Shown: in pieces, positions 23,289 through 27,583 of the stretch | How the letters are laid out: every line of letters starts with the position of its first letter | Position numbering within the stretch: position 1 is the first letter of the stretch | Assembly: GCA_964581315.1 (NCBI GenBank) | Contig: CAZONG010000001.1 | Coordinates: 1-27,583, forward strand | Direction: 5' to 3' | Source: Candidatus Woesearchaeota archaeon | Lineage (GTDB): Archaea > Nanobdellota > Nanobdellia > Pacearchaeales > GW2011-AR1 | Length of the DNA: 27,583 nt | Made by a program: the position numbers and the translations under genes | The notes under the pieces: generated by a model | The model's input: only the letters and a program-made list of their open reading frames with translations | Databases searched by the model: none | Told to the model about the DNA's origin: nothing

Positions 23289-23825
23289 TTAAATTACTCT
23301 ACAACAAAGTATAGAAATGTCTCCATTTCTCGCGAAAAAACCGTTTGAGGCAAAAAAGTTTTTGTCTGTTTCAAGATTTCCATTTTCATCCTGAGAAATC
23401 ACCACCTCTGACGTCCACCCATTTACCAAACTCCACCCTTCACTTTTGTTACAAATTAACCCATCATAAACTAAATAATAAGGTCCTCCAAGAGATCTTA
23501 GATATTCCAATCCATCAAAAGCAATCTTTTCTGTAGAACCCAAATTAGGAAGATTTTCAAAATTTGAAATTGAAACTTTTTTTGAAGATACTTTTTTGGT
23601 TGCTTGCAAACACTGAAAATCATATTTTTTTTGAGAGGAATAATTTATATAAGTGTTATTTAAAATATTAATTACAGAATTATTGTTTTGATTGTAATCT
23701 TCTTTTAAAGAACTCATGGTTTCTTCCTGAATTTTTATCTTAGTATTAAAATAAATAAAATTAAATATTAAAGCCAAGAGAACAAAAATTAAGAGAAATA
23801 GAAACCCTTTTTCTTGAATTTTCAT
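23289..23825 (-). CDS. Membrane-anchored or secreted protein with a Cys-containing C-terminal domain
   Basis: N-terminal TM segment, Asn-rich linker, C-terminus ending ILCCRVI. Confidence 0.75.
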   Translation of the reverse strand: MKIQEKGFLFLLIFVLLALIFNFIYFNTKIKIQEETMSSLKEDYNQNNNSVINILNNTYINYSSQKKYDFQCLQATKKVSSKKVSISNFENLPNLGSTEKIAFDGLEYLRSLGGPYYLVYDGLICNKSEGWSLVNGWTSEVVISQDENGNLETDKNFFASNGFFARNGDISILCCRVI

Positions 23826-23863
23826 TAGATTTTGAAAGAAAAGCCATTTTTATATTTTTTCAA

Positions 23864-25234
23864 TTAATCACTTCTTTGATCAGCTAAGAAGAAAGCCTTG
23901 TTTGATGAAACTTCTTTTGGTTTTCCTTCCCTGTCAAACAATGCGTAAGCTGCAGGAAGAGCAAAACGACCAAGAACTCCAACCTTTGAGTATATGACAT
24001 ATGAGAACATCCTTTTTTCTCCAGCTTCAAAACTTGGAATTTCCCATTCGAAAGTTCTCTTTGTCTTGTTGAATCTTTTTGGAAGGTCTCCACCAAACTT
24101 CTCATAAATTTTAACTAATGGAGGAAGCCTGTCGAAGATCTTTACATTTTCAATGAATCTTCTAGCTTCAATGTTAATCATCACTTTAAGGGCAAATTCT
24201 CCCCCTTTAGCGTTCATGAATGAAACTCTCTTTCTTAAAACCAAATCTGTCTTTGAATACTTTCTAGCAAAAATTACTGTTAAGACAATTAAAAGAATAA
24301 TCAAAAAGGGAATTAACCAATTTGTTCTAACTTCAACTTGGAAACTTTCTCCAGGATTTATTTGTTTATTCCAAATGTAACTAACTTGTGTTCCACTTCT
24401 TTCTACTAGGTTTGGCTCAGGAGAAAAACTTGTAAAAATTCTTGAAATTATATTCTTTTTAACAAGAACAGTTGAATCTTGAACTGTGTTTCCTTCGTTG
24501 GATTTTTTTATGACAGTAGTATAAATAATGAGTCCATAATCTTTTCTGTCTTCAGTTAAAATATTTTTTTCTTTGAAGTCAATACTTTCTTCAATGTGTG
24601 CAGAAACTCCGCCTGTTAACAAGTCAGAACTAAGAGTATAGAAACCTGCAGTTAATTTTGAAAAATCATCTTTATTTAATTGAATTTCAAAACTTTTCTT
24701 TTCATTTGGTAAAACATCTGTTACTTCATCTTTATCAAAAAATGGCGACGACAAATGTATTTTCAAGTCTTTAAATGGAAAATTAACTTTATTTTGTAAA
24801 AAAACATTAATTGAACTTGATTCTGGGTTTATAGAATCTGCACCTAAAGAGAAAGCATCTTTTAATTCAATAACTTTAACGTTTACTTTTTCCTCAACTT
24901 CTGTTTTGTCGCTTGCTTGAATAAAGTAACTAAAACTAACTACTCCTCTTAACTTTAAATCGCTTCTTGGAGTAATTTTCAAATCAACTAATTTTGATTC
25001 TCCAGAATTTATTTGTACATTTTGAGTTGGGCTTACTTGGGGGCCAAAGAAGGTATAAAATGAAAAAGTGTCTGAAGGACCGTTATTTGTTACGTTAAGA
25101 CTAAAAGTTGCGGGTTGATCTAAACCAGCAATCATTACTTCATTACTTGAAAGTTTTTGAACGTTCAAATTTATTGCTAAAACTGGTTGAATTAGAAAAA
25201 ATGCAAGGATAAAAAGTAAATATATCTTTTTCAT
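23864..25234 (-). CDS. Cell-surface protein with a signal peptide, beta-rich Ig-like domains, a TM helix and a cytoplasmic domain
   Basis: Signal MKKIYLLFILAFFLIQPVLA, beta-rich repeats, TM WLIPFLIILLIVLTVIF, and a C-terminal beta domain (VKIFDRLP...FEWEI...SYVI). Confidence 0.8.
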   Translation of the reverse strand: MKKIYLLFILAFFLIQPVLAINLNVQKLSSNEVMIAGLDQPATFSLNVTNNGPSDTFSFYTFFGPQVSPTQNVQINSGESKLVDLKITPRSDLKLRGVVSFSYFIQASDKTEVEEKVNVKVIELKDAFSLGADSINPESSSINVFLQNKVNFPFKDLKIHLSSPFFDKDEVTDVLPNEKKSFEIQLNKDDFSKLTAGFYTLSSDLLTGGVSAHIEESIDFKEKNILTEDRKDYGLIIYTTVIKKSNEGNTVQDSTVLVKKNIISRIFTSFSPEPNLVERSGTQVSYIWNKQINPGESFQVEVRTNWLIPFLIILLIVLTVIFARKYSKTDLVLRKRVSFMNAKGGEFALKVMINIEARRFIENVKIFDRLPPLVKIYEKFGGDLPKRFNKTKRTFEWEIPSFEAGEKRMFSYVIYSKVGVLGRFALPAAYALFDREGKPKEVSSNKAFFLADQRSD

Positions 25235-25301
25235 GATAAAAAATTGTGAATTTTCTATTTAAACATTTCTATATTGAAGTCCAAACGGAAAAGTTTTGAA
25301 T

Positions 25302-25808
25302 TTACTTTTCAGCGCTTTCTAAATCCAAGAAAGATTTGGCTTGGCTTAAAAATTCGTCTGCCATTCCAGAAAGTTTGTCTTCAAATTCAGCTACTCTTTG
25401 AGAAATAATCCACTTTTCATAAATTCCTCTCCAAAGTTTCATTCTTCCAGAAGTTTCAAATTTTCCGTCGTAATCTCGAACTAAAGAAGACTTTAATTTT
25501 ATTGTAACTGAACCACTGTTTGTTTTTACTTTAACTCCCCCCTTATTTATTTCAACTTCCGCTAATTGGTCTACTCTAAACTCTATTTTTATTTCAAACT
25601 GAAAATAATCCGTTACTTCTTTTGTGCAAACCCACTTAAATTTTACTTCTTTAGTTGGTCCAGCAATTTTCTCTCCATACTCACTTTCTTCAATATCAAG
25701 TCCTGCTTCTTCGCTTAACCAGTTGTAACAGAATTGATAAAAGTCCTTAAAATTGAAGTAACCCTTGTATGAAATCTTACTTGAATACACCTCATCTTGT
25801 TCTGACAT
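25302..25808 (-). CDS. Hypothetical protein
   Basis: 168-aa ORF divergent from the thermosome gene; no family I can name. Confidence 0.8.
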   Translation of the reverse strand: MSEQDEVYSSKISYKGYFNFKDFYQFCYNWLSEEAGLDIEESEYGEKIAGPTKEVKFKWVCTKEVTDYFQFEIKIEFRVDQLAEVEINKGGVKVKTNSGSVTIKLKSSLVRDYDGKFETSGRMKLWRGIYEKWIISQRVAEFEDKLSGMADEFLSQAKSFLDLESAEK

Positions 25809-25903
25809 GAAATATTTATGAATTTTTATTTTAAATATTCTTCTGTTGTATAAATCTTTAAATAATTGAGAAAAGTTCAGTCTATATGGGAAAAGGGGAC
25901 TTT

Positions 25904-27499
25904 ATGTCAGAGAACACAGAAAGGACAGTTGGACGTGATGCTCAACGGAATAATATTTTAGCAGCAAAGTTAGTTAGCGATGTAGTTAAGACGACTCTTG
26001 GCCCTAAGGGGATGGATAAAATGCTTGTTAGCCCAACTGGAGACATAATTGTGACAAATGATGGGGTTACAATTCTAGATGAAATGCAAATTGAACACCC
26101 TGCCGCAAAAATGATGGTTGAAATTGCTAAAACTCAAGAAAAAGAAGTAGGTGATGGGACAACTACTTCAGTAATGATATCCGGAAAACTTTTGGAAAAC
26201 GCTGAAAAACTACTTGACAAAAAAATTCATCCGACAGTGATTGTTAAAGGTTACAGAATGGCTCAGGAAAAAGCTCAAGAAATTTTAAAAGAAATTTCTC
26301 TGAAAATTACTCCAGAAAGTGAAGACATCTTAAAACAAATTGCGATGACTGCAATGACTGGAAAAGGTGCCGAAGAAGAAAAAGAAAAGTTTTCAGAAAT
26401 TCTTGTTAGAGCAGTAAAAATGGTTCAAGAAGGAAATAAAGTTGAACCTGAAGACATAAAAATTGAAAAAGTTGTGGGAGAGGGAGTTAAAGACACTAAT
26501 TTAGTAAAAGGAATTATTATTGACAAAGAAAAAATTTCTAAGGATATGCCTGAAAAAGTTTTTGGAGCTAAAATTTTGATTACCGACTTCCCACTTGAAA
26601 TAAAAACTCCCGAAGTGGATACAAAAATTTCAATTTCAAGTCATGCTGAAATGCAGAATTTTTTAGATGAAGAAGAAAAATCAATAAAAAAAATGGTCGA
26701 GAGCATTGTTTCAACTGGAGCAAACGTTTTATTTTGTCAAAAAGGAATTGATGACTTTGCTCGATACCTTTTAAGTAAAGCCGGCATATACTCTTGTCGA
26801 CGAGTTTCTAGAACTGATATTGAAAGAATTTCAAAAGCGACAAATGGAAAAATTGTTTCAAATTTGAATGAAATAAGTAATGATGTTTTAGGAGAAGCTG
26901 GAAAAATTGAAGAAATAAAAGTAAGTGGGGAAAGAATGACTTATCTCTCGGACTGCAAGAATTCCAAACTCGTTACAATTTTAGTTCATGGAGGAACAAA
27001 ACATGTTGTTGATGAAGTTGAAAGAGCCTTAACTGACGGACTTCTTGACGTTGCAAGCGCATTGGAAACGGGTTTAGTTGTTCCTGGTGGAGGAGCAATT
27101 GAAATTGAAATTGCAAAAAGATTAAGGGAATTTGGTCAAAGTCTTGCTGGGCGTGAACAACTTGCTGTTGAAGAATTTGCAAACGCGCTTGAATTTATTC
27201 CAACTACTTTAGCTGAAAATGCTGGAATGGACCCAATTGACGTCTTAACTGAACTCAAATCTCGACATGATTCTGGAGAAATGAATTTTGGTTTGAATCT
27301 TTTTACAAACAGAATTGAAAATGTTCTTGGTTCAAAAATAATTGAACCGGCTAAAATAAAAGTTCAGGCAATAAACTCTGCAACAGACGTAGCAACAATG
27401 ATATTAAGAATTGACGACGTTATATTATCAAAACCTTCACGAAGGGGAAAAATGAATGACCTTGGAAGTTTACCTAGCTATATGGAAGGGTTGAGTTAA
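25904..27499 (+). CDS. Thermosome subunit (group II chaperonin)
   Basis: [38 protein letters not shown]. The start could be 25886 or 25904; the alpha/beta subunit type cannot be assigned. Confidence 0.97.
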   Translation: MSENTERTVGRDAQRNNILAAKLVSDVVKTTLGPKGMDKMLVSPTGDIIVTNDGVTILDEMQIEHPAAKMMVEIAKTQEKEVGDGTTTSVMISGKLLENAEKLLDKKIHPTVIVKGYRMAQEKAQEILKEISLKITPESEDILKQIAMTAMTGKGAEEEKEKFSEILVRAVKMVQEGNKVEPEDIKIEKVVGEGVKDTNLVKGIIIDKEKISKDMPEKVFGAKILITDFPLEIKTPEVDTKISISSHAEMQNFLDEEEKSIKKMVESIVSTGANVLFCQKGIDDFARYLLSKAGIYSCRRVSRTDIERISKATNGKIVSNLNEISNDVLGEAGKIEEIKVSGERMTYLSDCKNSKLVTILVHGGTKHVVDEVERALTDGLLDVASALETGLVVPGGGAIEIEIAKRLREFGQSLAGREQLAVEEFANALEFIPTTLAENAGMDPIDVLTELKSRHDSGEMNFGLNLFTNRIENVLGSKIIEPAKIKVQAINSATDVATMILRIDDVILSKPSRRGKMNDLGSLPSYMEGLS

Positions 27500-27501
27500 C
27501 A

Positions 27502-27583
27502 ATGAAAATTCCACAAATTTGGGGAAATGTTACTGAAAAAGATTCTAAAGTAATTCAAGTTTACTTCGAAGGCATTCCCTATC
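27502..27583 (+). CDS. N-terminus of an unidentified protein, truncated by the window edge
   Basis: ATG 2 nt after the thermosome stop; open to the end (MKIPQIWGNVTEKDSKVIQVYFEGIPY). Confidence 0.55.
   Translation, partial: MKIPQIWGNVTEKDSKVIQVYFEGIPY

Noticed and set aside
21454-23825. Provirus or integrative element at tRNA-Tyr
   Set aside because: No integrase, capsid or packaging gene and no duplicated tRNA fragment (att site) were seen; the unknown genes lie on the 5' side of the tRNA.
3597-27182. Remaining short ORFs nested in longer genes (e.g. 3597, 5498, 5658, 6189, 6338, 8205, 9021, 9381, 11857, 12588, 13879, 15065, 17653, 18033, 18341, 19192, 20136, 22622, 23345, 23884, 24153, 26973)
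   Set aside because: They lie fully within convincing genes and show the composition expected of antisense or alternate frames.
1-27583. CRISPR arrays, IS elements, rRNA genes, tandem repeats
   Set aside because: None were recognised on reading either strand.

Overview
Low-GC, very compact archaeal chromosome segment. Evidence: archaeal-type uS10, a group II chaperonin, an archaeal-type TrpRS and a BHB-intron tRNA-Tyr with C1-G72. The mostly leaderless genes and scrambled gene order suggest a DPANN lineage such as Pacearchaeota/Woesearchaeota (inference). Housekeeping content: ppsA (truncated by the window edge), rpsJ, a Kef-type antiporter, serS, trpS, msrA/msrB, a VIT1 transporter, a UvrD-like helicase, a thermosome subunit and three tRNAs (Trp, Asp, Tyr). 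No integrase, transposase or CRISPR array was seen. Best candidate for an undescribed system: a tRNA-Trp gene divergent from a two-gene unit. The first gene is a full-length TyrRS-like paralogue that has lost HIGH/KMSKS but shows cyclodipeptide-synthase-like GxTxxN and YxxxE motifs; the second is a TrpRS with an altered pocket residue. Second candidate: a HEAT-repeat protein with all four His-Glu diiron motifs of eukaryotic deoxyhypusine hydroxylase. Also notable are a 96-nt tRNA-Tyr intron almost filled by a 24-codon ORF, a secreted lytic-transglycosylase-like protein, and several unannotated micro-ORFs with promoter-like or terminator-like flanks. All family assignments come from remembered consensus motifs; no database search was run.
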